Shown: positions 1 through 12,832 of the stretch, in pieces
Position numbering within the stretch: position 1 is the stretch's first letter
Layout: each line of letters begins with the position of its first letter
DNA from: Octopus sinensis
Taxonomy: Eukaryota
Length of the DNA: 64,000 nucleotides
Direction of reading: 5' to 3'
NCBI RefSeq assembly: GCF_006345805.1
Contig: NC_042999.1
Location: forward strand, 163,370,001 to 163,434,000
The notes under the pieces: model-generated
What the model saw: the letters and a program-made list of their open reading frames with translations, nothing else
Told to the model about the DNA's origin: nothing
Databases searched by the model: none
Program-made: the position numbers and the translations under genes

Positions 1-28
1 GAGAACCCAGGTTCGAAATTTCCCCAAG

Positions 29-72
29 ACACCTGAAGGAGGCTGGAAGGTATATCAGCTGAAATGTTGTGT
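29..72 (+). ncRNA. Degenerate minimal type I hammerhead ribozyme motif (Penelope-like pLTR type)
   Basis: ACAC-CTGAAGG-A-GGCTG..CAGCT-GAAA-TG-TT-GTGT: stem I ACAC/GTGT, stem II GGCTG/CAGCT, core CTGANGA with one mismatch, GAAA, UH. Confidence 0.55.
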
Positions 73-514
73 TAACAACAAACAAGATGAAGACAAATAT
101 CCGTCAAATTAAATAATGTAAATAATGTACATAATTCCTCATCTCTTAAATATAGAATTGTATTCAACAGTCAATCAAACAGTCAATTCAACAGCTGATG
201 GAGAGATCAGTGAATCAAAATTAAAGATGTCTTTAAAGATTGCCTTCAACTGGTAATGTGGATTGCTTGTCTCTAGCAAGTGTTGAAACCATCTGTCATA
301 ATAAATGTTTGTAGCCTGAGATTTGGGTGAGTTGAGCTCAAGTCCAATTCCCAACAAGGTGGGGATTGCAGATACATTCATCAGGTCTGGCTTTTGTCAC
401 ATCATCTAAATTCCAGACACTGAAAAGTACTGCGCTGCACGAGTCACACAAAATGCAAACAGAAAAGGGCCTAGGAAATTATCTGTTGGATGCCAGAGCA
501 ACATGCTATAATGA

Positions 515-713
515 GACGGTGAGCTGGCAGAAACTTTAGCACACTGGGTGAAATGCTTAGCGATATTTCATCCGTCTTTACGTTCTGAAGTCGATTTTGC
601 CTTTCTTCCTTTCGGAGTCAATAAATTAAGTACCAGTTGCATACTGAGGGTGATCTAATCAACTGGCCCCCTCCCACAAAATTTTGAGCCTTGTGCCTAA
701 AGTAGAAAAGAAT
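515..713 (+). mobile_element. tRNA-derived SINE, family 1 (degenerate)
   Basis: GAGCTGGCAGAAAC..TTAGCAC head and GTCGATTTTGCCTTTC..TAAATTAAGTACCAGT core shared with 27657-27890 and 56445-56672. Confidence 0.75.
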
Positions 714-1238
714 ATTGGTGGTGTCTGTGGTTAGACAGACAAAACTTGACTTATTTCCAGCATGTCTTGATGTATGCAGTTCAATACCTTCTTTAATCCA
801 AGCTTACATTAGCACAAGAACCAAAATTTGTTGTGGGATAAGAGGTCGTACTGATGTTGCCTTCTACTGTCGCCAGGCCAAGCTGAAGCTACCTTTCAAG
901 TTCATTGTTGAGGAAAAGTAAGGCTCTTGACTATGCTTGAAAACTTCATGTGAAACAGATCTTCCTTACACAGATGGAAAAATAAAAATAAGACATGTTT
1001 TTTCTTTTGTACTTTAGTGAATTAATTTCAAATTGTATTATTACTGTCCAATGATTTCAAAATACAATAATATGTGTTGAAAAACAGATTATCACAAATT
1101 ATTTCAAACAACATTATTACATATTCCAAAATATATTATCATATCCAAAATACATTAATACAATCAAATCATTTCAAGATTATGGATTCCAAAGTTCATT
1201 TAGATAACTTCAAAATACCTTATTAAACTCTTCAAAGT

Positions 1239-1946
1239 CCAATGTAGGTTGTGCAAATCAAAAGAGGAAAAGGTTATTCATATAGTAAGTGGATGTAGTA
1301 GTATGCTGGCAGAGAAAGAATACAAGAAAAGACATGACAACCTAGGGAGAGTAATCCACTTGGAGTTATGTAGAAAGCTAGGATTGGAACATACTGATAA
1401 ATGGTATGAACATGAACCTAGTAAAGTACTAGATAGTAAGAAATATAAGATGTTGCAAGACTTTAACATGCAGATGGACAGAGCAATTGAAGCTAGAAGG
1501 CTGATTTACTCTTGTAGTTACAGGTGCATTAGGAACTATTCCTAAAAATCTGAACAGATGGATAGAGGAAATAGGCATAAAAACCAGTTTAGTACAGCTT
1601 CAGAAAACAGTGTTATTAGGGACAGCTAGGATACTTAAGAGGGTTCTTGGCATCTAAGGTCACTTGTTGTAGCCTGATGTAAGGAATTTTTCTTTTTCAA
1701 CAGTCTAATCATCATCATCATTATTTCTAATTTAGATATAAAGCCAGTAACTTTTGTAAAGAGAAGGTTATTGACTCTAACACTTGACTAATACATATGT
1801 GTTCATACACACATGTATATAGATACATACATATATTTACTAAAGATCTCTTCAACACAGAGAGACAAGGCTCGACTGGCTCCTGTGCCAGTGGCACGTA
1901 AAATGCACCAACCAATAGTAATCAATGCTAGTACCACCTGACTGGC
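1239..1946. repeat. Chimeric duplication: inverted copy of 30275-30826 joined to direct copy of 27951-28105
   Basis: ORFs 1249..1545(+) and 30520..30816(-) translate identically; 1792-1946 matches 27951-28105 nearly base for base. Confidence 0.9.
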
Positions 1947-2220
1947 GCCTTGCTCATCCCAAACAACCAAGCAAAATGTTGGTGAATAGCCTTTTGCATC
2001 TCCTCTTGTCCTTTGATTGTATGCTCCTGCTTGTCAATCAAAGTCTTTATAGAGGTTTCTCTGCCTCTCCGACTCTCCACACGATGGGCCCATCAGGCAA
2101 TGTTAATACCTTCTCTACCCACCACACATAACTTAGCACTGACTTTACACCCTTTGTGTTTGGCTTTGAGATGATGGAATAACACCGCTCTCGCTACTAT
2201 CACTCTGGATGAAGAGCAGC

Positions 2221-2866
2221 TGTAGTGGTTAAAGGTGTATCAGAAGGTATTGAGGTAAACAGAGGCATTAGGCCTGTGGATGCCTTCGAAGAAAATAATT
2301 GAATGACATTGATTTACAGTTTAAATAATTTATTTACTGTATTTGCATTATTTGTTGGTATTCACAATTCTTCACTACATGTATTTGTTTACAACTGCTA
2401 CAAAGGAGGGGAATAAAAACAGGGTGCACCTGTGTAGGTGATGTGTTAGAAATGAATATGTTTGTACCTGTGCGTGTGTCGTTTATCTGAGAAAGTAGTC
2501 TGCCATGTCCCTTCGTTCAAACCTTTCCCACACTCTCTGTCTTTCTGCTTCTTGAACCTTTCAGTCTGTGTCCTAGGCCTTTCTTGTCTGTCCCTCTGCT
2601 GATCATGGTATTTATAATAGCTGTGGCAGCTAGAAGGACAGACATACTGCAGGAGAGATTGTGTCTAAATAAATGGACTCCTGTCCATTTGAACTTTGCC
2701 TGACTTGGCTGAGGTCGTAGGTCAAAGGGAGATGATTTATGATTTTTTGACAGGACAAAGAAAATCTTTTTTTTTGCACCTGTTCGTCATGGTGGTTTAG
2801 ATGAGCAAGAATCCTTAGATTTGGTTTCAAATCTAAGCTTGGAGAAGGGAAGTGTTAATTTTTACA
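2221..2866. mobile_element. Solo LTR (family A)
   Basis: TGTAG..TTACA termini, perfect 4-bp TSD CAGC; 3' part homologous to 28985-29522. Confidence 0.8.
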
Positions 2867-3481
2867 CAGCCATCAAGCCTGCAAAGACCATAGGCACAGC
2901 TCTTGCCTTTCACCTCAGAAGGAATGCAAAAGCCAAGGATACAGCCCCTTCATCCAGCCAACTTGTTCAAATAAAACAGAGAAAAAACTTAAAAAAAAAA
3001 CAGCAGCTTTTGCTATTCTTGTGAATTAATAAGCTGTATACTATATCAAACTGAGCCCACATCATCATCTTTAACATATCTCACTAAATATTTTATCCAA
3101 TCATTTGTCTCTAGAATGGCAATCCCTACAAGGAATCACTGTTTCTTAAAACATTAATTTACAGAAGTTACAAAAACATCATCTACATTCACAGTTTGGG
3201 AAAGCCTGCAGATGTTCTCTGAACACCATTTTTTTCTCTTGTTCACACTAAATAATAGTACTAATAAGAATTTCTAACAAAGGGATAAAGCAAGAAATTT
3301 TATAGGAGGACACAGTCAGCTATATTGACCCAGCATTTACTTATCTGGTATTTTATTTCATTGCCCTCAGAAACATAGAAATGTGAAGTAAAGTGTGTTG
3401 TCACTGCTAAACCTTTCATGACTTAATTTCTGATAGGTAATCTGTTTCAATTAATCTTTAGTGCCACTTTAGCATACATTA

Positions 3482-4128
3482 TGTAGTGGATGTTGCATAC
3501 ATGAAGTGGATTCGATTCACCACAGCCAAATTTAAATTAACACTGCAACAGAACTTTTCCCACAATGGAACAATGGTTTTTCTCTGGCTGCAGTTTTACA
3601 TTTTCCAGATGCCTTTAGCTAGGCCGAAATAATGCCTTCAGTTCTACTTCACCAAAAGCTAGAATAGAGATAACAAGATTACCAACTAAATCTATTGTTC
3701 TCAATGATATAATCTATCCTTCTGGATAGTTATAAAAGCAAGAACACCACAAACAAAACTCAGTTAGTCACAGTTGGTGACAACTCAATGAAGTCTGGCT
3801 GACCAGCTAGAGAATTGAAATTTACTGTCAGCAGCTGTGAAACAATGTCCCACAACCCTACAACTTTCACTAGCTCTAATTCTGTTCTTTTACAACATCA
3901 TCTTTTGCTATCTGTGGATTACTACTAACTATTCGTATACGCCAAACTATGCAAAGAAACATTCCACTGTATCTTTCTTTCGCATGCTTTTGGATTTATC
4001 ATAACCTGTCCATTGAGGCAAGGTATCTGTAACGTAATGATAAATAAATATTTCTTTAAAATGTCATACATTGTTCATCTTTCACATCCTACTGTATGCA
4101 ATTATAACAACAAATTTTTATTGTTACA
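3482..4128. mobile_element. Solo LTR (family B)
   Basis: TGTAGTGG..GTTACA; colinear with 7100-7870; TSD ATTA/AGTA (1 mismatch). Confidence 0.75.
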
Positions 4129-5769
4129 AGTATATGTGTCCACTTACACTTTAGCATGCTATCTAACCCTAATTCTAAATTATAGCTATAACCCTAACCT
4201 AACTATATAATGAGGCATGTATACAATGTAGACAAAAGGAAAAACAATACAAACAGATAAAGATTAAATCAATTTTAATGTAGGATATTAATCTTTGAAA
4301 TGCACTGTAAGATTTCATGGCATTACATACACAGTTCAGGCAGAAGTGCATATGAAAAACTAACCAGGCAGGTGAAATACATACAAATTAACGCAGACAA
4401 ATAAACAAAATTAGTGAAAATAAACCTTGAAATTAACGCAGGGAAGTAAGCAAAAATGGTGGAAATAAATCACGAAATTAACGCAGGCAAGTAAACAAAA
4501 ATAAAATAAAACAGAGTGGTGAAAATAATCACAAGCAGTAAGTAAAAATATTCAAAAATACAGCAGCTTAGCTAAAAAAAACCATCCAAATAAACCACAC
4601 ACAGTTGAAAAATGCATTTCGTAGAGATTAAACCCGGAAGTTGTTGCTCTTCCACAAACAGAAGTACATTTCTTCAGCTAAATACATGTCATTGATTGGT
4701 TAAAATTACCCAAATACAACTTTAACACAAAATAATTTCTAAAATACGAAATTTTGTCAAAAACGTTCAGAGTAAACTGTGTTTTACGTGAGAAAGTCTC
4801 CCAGTATTTGAAGTTTCAAACTGTTTAGTTAAAAAAAAATCTGTGATTGAAACTGAATGGATCCTTAATTTTTTCAATTGTGTTCTCTGTTTTGTCCAAT
4901 TTTAAAATTTAATTTTGTAAAGCAGTAAACACTGTGAAGGCAATAAAGTATATAGCTATATCTGTATATATAAAAGGCAGGGTGTGTGTGTGTACGTGAA
5001 TGTAGTTTATGCACGTCCACAAATAAGCACGCATGTTGCTCCAATTTTAGGAGGACATTCGTCACGATTCTAGCTGTATTTTCATCAAATTATTTTCTCC
5101 TAAACACCCGTGGGTAGCGGTAAAAATCGATTTTCAACCTTAACTTTTACCAATTTTGAAGTTTGCTAACATGAGTTAAGTCTCTTCTTGTCCACAGTGA
5201 AGTGAAAATGTGCGTGTTTGTGTGAGGGAGGAAGAGAGAAGTTGTGTGTTGATGTATGCATGTGTGTATGTGTGTGTGTGAGAGAGAGAGAGAGTAAGTG
5301 ACAGCGTTCACCAAAAATAAAAAAGTAAAATGTTTTTCTTTTCTTAAATACGAGATATAGTATTCAAATTTAGGATGTTTTTGAAAGACACTATATTTTA
5401 TAATCAGATTATATATACTTTCTCACACAACAATTAAAGTATATTTATTTTAAATCGTTCATGTTTCTCCCACCTCTCACACACACATTACTTTGGGCGC
5501 GAAAGTGTTTTGTTTTTATTTTATGCCGAGGAAAAAAGTGTTTTGTTGAGAATTCATTTATCTAGCAACATAGAAACAAAGAGGTAGGTAAGAATTTGTC
5601 AGTGAATTACACAATATAAATGGGTAAAATTTCCGAGGCTCACCCCACCCCACCCCGTTAATCGGACCACAAAAAGGGTTTTGTGGCATATTAGGAGGCC
5701 AGGGTAGTTGATTCCATGCAAAAAATCCGTGCGAGTGTTATCTGTAGTGACGCCATCTTGGAAATCTCC

Positions 5770-5835
5770 TGCACGCATGCGCAGAGTTGGATTCTTCCGG
5801 GAGGCCTGCCGGAAGTTCCCTCATGCGCATGCGCA
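5770..5835. promoter_or_regulatory. Candidate NRF1-ETS-ETS-NRF1 motif cassette inside the Helitron
   Basis: TGCACGCATGCGCA, CTTCCGG, CCGGAAGT, TGCGCATGCGCA in a CpG-rich patch; function untested. Confidence 0.4.
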
Positions 5836-6519
5836 GAAAACTAGCAGCAGCAAAATTTCCCTCGTATCGGCCTCTCGAACGCTGACAGCCGAACATGACG
5901 GTCGTGTTTTATCAGCTCTCTCAAGCTGCACCTCGTGGCGATGCTACGCTATGCTTGAACGGACAAGATTTAGCTCACTCCACTTGACTACTGCGACGAG
6001 CTCCTAGGCTGCCGATTCGCCCTGAAGAAGAATGTATATATTGCGAATCCAGAACTAAAAATATTTATTTTGTTAAGAAGATGATCGGAAGTCTTGGCTC
6101 TTTCCTTCGATTAATATTTCAATGCACAGGATGAGAGCTGCACCCATCCAGTGTTACAGACCTTTCATCCTGTTACATATCTAAAAATTTGCCTGAAGTT
6201 TTCCATGGTAAATTTGAGATTAAAAAAAAAGTTTTCCATATTCTTAATCTCCGTATTTTTCCATGTACATTGAAAAATAGATGGTGGAAAGATAAATGGG
6301 TATAGGGGTGAAATTTCCGAGGCTTCCACCACACAACACCCCGTTTTTCGAACCACAAAAAGAGTTTTGTGGCATATTAGGAGGCCAGGGTAGTTGATTC
6401 CACGCAAAAAATCCGATTTTTTTTTTCTTAATGAAAATCGTACAAGTGTTAATCTAAAAATTTAATCCAAAACCTTTTTCCCATTCATTTCTGTTTATGA
6501 AATTCTCTGTACGTAATTT

Positions 6520-8800
6520 TGCTTTCTCGGTGGTCAAGGCAAATGATGACTGGCAAAGCAACAGTGCCCTAATGCTGACATTGGATACAATGACCTGATC
6601 TACAATAATGCGCTGATTGAAATCGGGGATGCCCTGCTCAAAATCGGTGGGGCAGCGTTGAACACATTCGGTTTGCCATCCTCATTGCGACAGGACGTTA
6701 ACACACTCCCACCAAAGTTACTTCTGGAGTTGTCGTATGACGCTGATGGCCTTGTGGAATACCTGTGAGTAAATGAACCGAAATTGCTCCCTGATCAGAG
6801 GCTGTCGTCAGTGCCGTTGAAAAACAGGCGGGTGGCATTTTCCCCTCGATGCTGCTAGAGGTACCGGCAAATCCTTTGTAACACAATTAATACTTGCTAA
6901 GATTCGTCGCGAGAAACAAATTGCGCTAGCCGTTGCTTCCTAGGGAATCGCTGCTACGTTATTGCCGGGAGGTAGGACGGCGCACTCAGCGTTCAAGCTG
7001 CCTTTACATTTGGTGAGGGCCGAGGTTCCTACTTGCAACATTGGCAAAAATTCAGAGGAAGAGGAAATTCTTAGACAGTGCCGTCTCATTGTATGGGACT
7101 GTAGTGGTTTTTGCATGCATGAAGTGGATTCGATCCACCATAATCAAATTTAAATTAACACTGCAACAGAACTTTTTCCACGATGGAACAATGGTTTTTC
7201 TCTGACAGCAGTTTTACATTTTCCAGATGCCTTTAGCTAGGCTGAAATAATGTCTTCACCACTTGACCCTTTCTAACCTCTTCTACTTCACCAAAAGCTA
7301 GAATAGAGATAACAAAATCACCAACTAAATCTATTGTTCTCAATGATATATCTATCCTTCTGGATAGTTATATAAGCAAGCATACCCCAAGCAAAAATCA
7401 GTTAGTCACAGCCGGTGATGACTCAACCAAGTTCGTTGCATCGTCACGACTCAATTAGTTAGGGAACGGACTGATAGAATCATGATCACAAGGAAAACCT
7501 CTACTAAATATAATGGTCAGCGAGAGAAATGAAAATTACTGTCAGCAGCTGTGAGACAACACCTACAATTCTCTCTAGCTCGAATTCTGTTCTCTTACAA
7601 CATTGTTCTATCTCTCTCTGTAATTACTACTAAACAATGAAGAGGACACAAACACAAACTGTACTTCGCATGCTTTTTGATGTATCATAACCTGCCCGTC
7701 GAGGCAAGGTATCTGTAACGTAACGGTAAATAAATACTTTCTTAAAACTTCATGCCTTGTCCTTCTTTCACATCTTACATGTCATTATAACAACAAAGTA
7801 TTAACGTTACCACTGCTTCCACCAACACATCATCAATAATAATATTTACCAATCAATCTCTACCGTTACAGGACGAATGCACAATGACCAATAAGGGTGC
7901 CCTTGAGGCACTGGACCGGTCACTGAAAGGTATCAGGGATTCTACAGCTTCTGTGGGTGATGTCGTGTAACTCTATTGCTTTCAGGAGATTTCCGGCAAA
8001 CCCTTCCTGTCATCCTTAAAGGGAGCTGGGCTGATGAAGTGCGCGCATGCCTTAAGTCATCCATGTTGTGGCTCCAGGTTAAGACCTTAAGCCTAAGCAC
8101 AAACATGCGTGCGTACTTACTTGGTGATAACACGTCTGCAGCATTTGCTGAAGACATTTTAACCCTTGGAGAAGGCAAGGTCCCTAGGAATGATAGGGGC
8201 GACATATCCATCTCTGAAGTGTGCAACACCGTGGACAACCCTTCCGATCTTTTGGAAACAGTGTTCCCCAATCTGGAAAGTAATTATGCAGACATCAATT
8301 GGCTCATTGAAAGAACCATCTTGGCCCCCCCCCCCCCCAAAAAAAAAACGTAGCTGTCGGTGCTACCAACGACCAGCTCACAAGCCGAATTACGGGTGGG
8401 GAGCGCATCAACAAATCGATTAACTGGACCTCTGACCCCCAAGACATTGTCATTTACCCTATCGAGTTTCTCAACTCATTGGAGCCAGCAGGGCTTCCAC
8501 CTCACATTCTTAGGCTAAGGGTTGGATACCCAATTATGCTAATCAGAAACTTGCTTCCACGTAAATAGTACAACGGGACCCGCTTAGTAATCAAGTCCCT
8601 GACGCCTGACTTGATTGAGGCCACCATTGGTACAGGGTGCGGGAGGGGTGAAAATGTTTTCATTTCAAGGATGCAGCTTTATCCCTCGCAGTCAGACATG
8701 CCGTTTAACTTCCACAGATCGCAGTTCCCGGTGAGACCATACTTCGCCATGTCCCAAGGCCAAACGCTATCGGTGGCAGGCATCCATTTGGGGTTTTCCA
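6520..8800 (+). pseudogene. Helitron RepHel helicase (PIF1-like SF1) remnant, disrupted
   Basis: GTGKSF, GIAATLLPGGRTAHSAFKLPL, IVWD/ECTM, GDFRQTLPVI, GLPPHIL, NGTRL, QFPVRPYFAM..QGQTL across frameshifts, stops and an LTR insertion. Confidence 0.9.
7100..7870. mobile_element. Solo LTR (family B) inserted in the Helitron helicase
   Basis: TGTAGTGG..GTTACA, perfect TSD GGAC; removing it restores IVWDECTM. Confidence 0.9.
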
Positions 8801-9181
8801 TTCAATCGGGATAAAAAATTGATGAGCCGATTCCTTATAGAATTTCCTACAAAAATTGGCTAAACCTCATTTTCAACCATAACTTTTACCAACTTTGACA
8901 TATTTTGCTCAAACTTGATGCCAGCATTACTTAGGACTCATGGGATCTTTGAATGCTTTAAGTTCTCAAAAAAAATCGATGAGTGGAAATAATCGATAAA
9001 CCGATTCCTTATGGGATTTCCCAGTCAAATTGCCTGCAACCCATTTTCAGCCAAACGTTTACCAATTTCAGCGGATTTCGCTCAAATTTGATGTCGGTGT
9101 CACTTATTTTGGTTTGAAATAAAGCGCTTGATCACTTAAATATCCTAACTTAATCCTGGGCAACGCCGGGCTATACTGCTA

Positions 9182-9182
<1 letters not shown>

Positions 9183-9263
<81 letters not shown>
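9183..9263. repeat. (TA)n microsatellite
   Basis: Pure TA run directly after the Helitron 3' end; similar (TA)/(CA) runs at about 10915-11040, 11345-11470 and 20635-20755. Confidence 0.97.
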
Positions 9264-9267
<4 letters not shown>

Positions 9268-10248
9268 GACTATAATTTTCGGAGAACGTTGTCTTCTAAG
9301 ACTGCATATTCAATGCTGTTTTGTGTGAATTTTTACACTACATTTATATGTAAGAGTAGCACACAGTCAGCAGCGAACGCGGTTTTCTATACTGTGTCAC
9401 AATCCCCTCCCTTCCTTTTTAAATGTGTCTGTTTATATGTGTGTGTAAATGCACGTCTGTAATTCTATTCTTTTTATGTATCTTTCTAAATAAACACACA
9501 CAAACACATATACACTCTCTCAAACATTATATAAAAAGAATATTTTACAGAAACACACATAAACACACACACACACACAAATATTCACAAACCCCCTTTT
9601 ACAGGCACACACATATACACACACAGAATTGAAGCGCTGTTTGATTTTATTTTCACCGTTGAATTTTCACCATCCCACTTCCATCGGTGGATATCACCCC
9701 TTCCTTCGCCAATCATCTGTTGTGATGGCCAGAAACACAAGAGAATTATATGTTAGTAGATTCTAGTCAAGTTATTATCCTTGGTTATTTATGAGCTAAA
9801 TCTACTTACTAAAAAAATCGATCAAAGCTGATGGGGAGTTGACATAACAAACCTGTCTATTCTGATTCATTGTGAAATTATAAAAGTTCCATAAAGGAAA
9901 TTAATTTCCTTCAAACTCTTTTCCATTTTTCTATCCCCTTTTGTTGTCCACCAACTTCCCTGCACTTCTTTCTCAAGTAGTTCACTCATTCTCAGTTCTT
10001 TCTTTCTCACCTTTCTACTTAGTCTCTCGGTCTTTAAGCATCAATCACTTTAATTCCACTTTTTCACTTTCCTTCCCCACCACCGATATCGCTTAAGTCA
10101 TTCCCCCGCACTCATTAATCCTCTATCTTTATCACTCATTCACTCTCCTTCTCTCTCTCTCTTTTAACAAATCACTCTCTTCTAAAGAACCCCATTTGTT
10201 TATTCGAGTGTGGAAGAGCGAAAGAAAACGACGCAGCAACACGTTGCA

Positions 10249-10529
10249 ATGTTGATAGTCGAAATTCTATTTCTCTTACGAGACATAGTCATCGCTTGCG
10301 TGGCAGCGGTGTGGAATTTCCTTATCACTCCCAAATATAAAGATGTAAAAAATGAAATTGTCCTGATCACTGGCTCTGCTAATGGCATCGGACGGGGCCT
10401 TGCCCTCGATTTTGCTCGACGTGGTTGTATCCTGGTCTTGTGGGACATTGATGAAGCAGAAAACGAGAAGACGGCCCAATTGGTTACGGAGGCAGGTGCT
10501 AAGGCTTATCCGTACTACTGTGACTTAAG
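10249..10529 (+). CDS. SDR16C-family short-chain dehydrogenase/reductase (retinol dehydrogenase-like), coding exon 1
   Basis: ATG at 10249, hydrophobic N-terminal anchor (MLIVEILFLLRDIVIACVAAVWNFLI), Rossmann motif VLITGSANGIGR (TGxxxGxG), LVLWDI; ends ..YYCDL-AG|GTAACT donor (phase 2). The start codon is inferred; the ORF track starts upstream at a GTG. Confidence 0.92.
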
Positions 10530-10919
10530 GTAACTTTAGTTGCTCACATCTCTTATCTACCTTATCACTTATTAGCAATAATGAATCGACTCACGTCCCA
10601 ATTTTTAGCCGTTAAGGTTTAAAAAGCGGGCTGTGAGATTGAACCTAAAACTATATGGTGTGTATGGATGAGTGTATGTGTATGTATCTTTCGCTGATGT
10701 ATATCGGAGAAGGATATAAACATCGGCGGAAGAACCGAAAAATGGGGGTTTTACGAATATAGTCATTCCCTATGTTAGGAGTTACGCAGATCCTCTCTTA
10801 TCACTTCCTCTTGTCGAAAATTCAGCGAACTTGTATTTAGCTCATTAGAAACCAATAACCAAAGGCGATGTAACAAACGAATATGTACGATGACAGTCTG
10901 AGCGCACGTGTATGTATAT

Positions 10920-11022
<103 letters not shown>

Positions 11023-11345
11023 ACAGAGAGAGAGAGAGCAATAAGAAAATAGAGGGGATCAATAGGTGGTATTCATCAACTTTTAGACATTGTATTATGT
11101 CAATTTATTTACTAAAATGTATATATATATATATATAAAACTGTCCAACAAACGGGACTCCAGTTGCATTGCGCGCATTTTTTTTTCACATTCGCTTCCC
11201 ACACATTGTTTTACACCCATTCCAGTATTTTTTTTCTATTTTCATTTCCGGGTCAAGATGTAAACATTAACCGCGTAGAACTCTACCTCCGGTATTCGAA
11301 TACTATTTCTTCCAGCTGGTTTCCGCATTTATGTGCTTACTCTGG

Positions 11346-11409
<64 letters not shown>

Positions 11410-11412
11410 TAT

Positions 11413-11473
<61 letters not shown>

Positions 11474-11489
11474 ATTAAGTGCGCTTAGC

Positions 11490-11660
11490 TCTATGGACGA
11501 CGCGTCAGACTCTTAATCTCTTTAACACAATAACCTCGGAGGGTGGCGTACCTCTGTCGTAGAAATACGCCTTCCACTTCATCCGCCTTATGAAGTCTAT
11601 CAGTTTCTCAAGTAGCATTTTCGTATAGACCTCGTTAGACGGTGTTGGAATATGCAGAAG
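11490..11660 (-). mobile_element. Penelope-like element N-terminal fragment
   Basis: IPTPSNEVYTKMLLEKLIDFIRRMKWKAYFY resembles the N-terminal motif of Penelope-like ORFs. Confidence 0.6.
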
Positions 11661-11830
11661 AGCATATATATATATATCAGCCGAAATTGCTAAGATGATC
11701 TGGTTCTTGACTGATGACTGAGGGCTTCGAATGTCCCGTCCTGTGGTTCTTGTGTCGTCTCTGTGGTGTTTCATGTTCTTGTCCATGTCTGTAATTATTT
11801 TTACTGTTTACCTATATATATATATATATA

Positions 11831-12226
11831 CTAGCAGTATCGCCCGGCGTTGCTCGGGTTTGTAAGGGAAATAACTATATAAGCATTTTTAGAGAGTTAT
11901 AGCCAAAAAATAGCAAAAAAATGCATTAAAAATGGAAAAAAATGATGGTAATTTTTTTTTTAATCGTTGACTCATCGTAGACATTTTTAGAGAGTTACTT
12001 CCCTTATATAATAGCGAAAAAATGCATTAAAATTGAAAAAAATTATGGTAAATTTTTTTAAAATCGTAGACTCATCGTAGACGCGCGCTAATACCCAGAA
12101 GGGCTCGATATGAATCACGACAATAAGATACCCGGTTTTGGTTACACTGCACCGCAAAATGTGGGAGTAGTTAGGAATCTAAATCGTAGGAGACAGACAG
12201 CACAACTTGACTTTTATATATAAAGA
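11831..12226 (-). mobile_element. Non-autonomous Helitron
   Basis: Reverse-complement 5' TCTTTATATATAAAAG and 3' CCCGAGCAACGCCGGGCGATACTGCTAG; homologous to 17665-18062 and 50030-50323. Confidence 0.88.
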
Positions 12227-12832
12227 AGATATATATATATATATATAATTATGCCGAACGTGGAATTCAAATTTATAATTCAAGGATTGTGTTAAAATCC
12301 TCGTTGAAGGCATGTGAAATATGAAAGGTCTGTTGGAATAGCAATGCTTGTTGTCACCAGTGGAGGCAGGTATTTTTGAAAAAACGCATTTCTTATGCTG
12401 AATTTAGGAGAGCTGCTATACCAGTGGATGTGTTAAGCAAGAAAGAGCTGGGCTCATAAGTCACGAGCGGAGCCATAAGTGTAAAGTATAAATTGGGGAT
12501 CTTTCGATTAGGGTCTCGAGATTATTAATTTTTCCAGCTGATTGTTCGGCAGTTTCTGTAAAGAATTTTTATTTATTTACTTTTGATTTTGAAGTTGGTG
12601 AGGGAGAAGTGACTCACGCTCCGCCCACGGACTTTCATGTCCATGAGTCGAATAGTGAAATACACATACATACAAACAAGGTCAACTTTTCCTTTCATCT
12701 TTTGAGTTGAGCATTGGACTCTATATAATCGACTTAGCCACTCACCCGAAATTGCTGGCCTTCTGACAAAATTTGAAATTAATATTCTCCTTTTGTTGGC
12801 ATTTTTATTGTTTATTAACAAATTAGTAATTT

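Larger units (their letters stand above)
4961..9182 (+). mobile_element. Decayed Helitron carrying a PIF1-like helicase remnant
   Basis: A|TC 5' end; subterminal CCTGGGCAACGCCGGG hairpin and CTAG|T 3' end; helicase motifs inside. Confidence 0.85.

Noticed and set aside
4162-4205. CCCTAA telomere-like repeats (also 13129-13150)
   Set aside because: Only a few degenerate units within or near transposon sequence; not an interstitial telomere array.
6015-6052. CTGAAGA..GAAT hammerhead-like string in the Helitron
   Set aside because: No GAAA/UH and no stem I.
3482-7870. The two family-B LTRs as ends of one full-length LTR element
   Set aside because: Each has its own TSD, they are diverged, and the interval holds no gag/pol but does hold the start of a Helitron that extends past the second LTR.
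10210-10248. GTG-initiated N-terminal extension of exon 1
   Set aside because: Artefact of alternative-start ORF calling; ATG 10249 gives a family-typical length.
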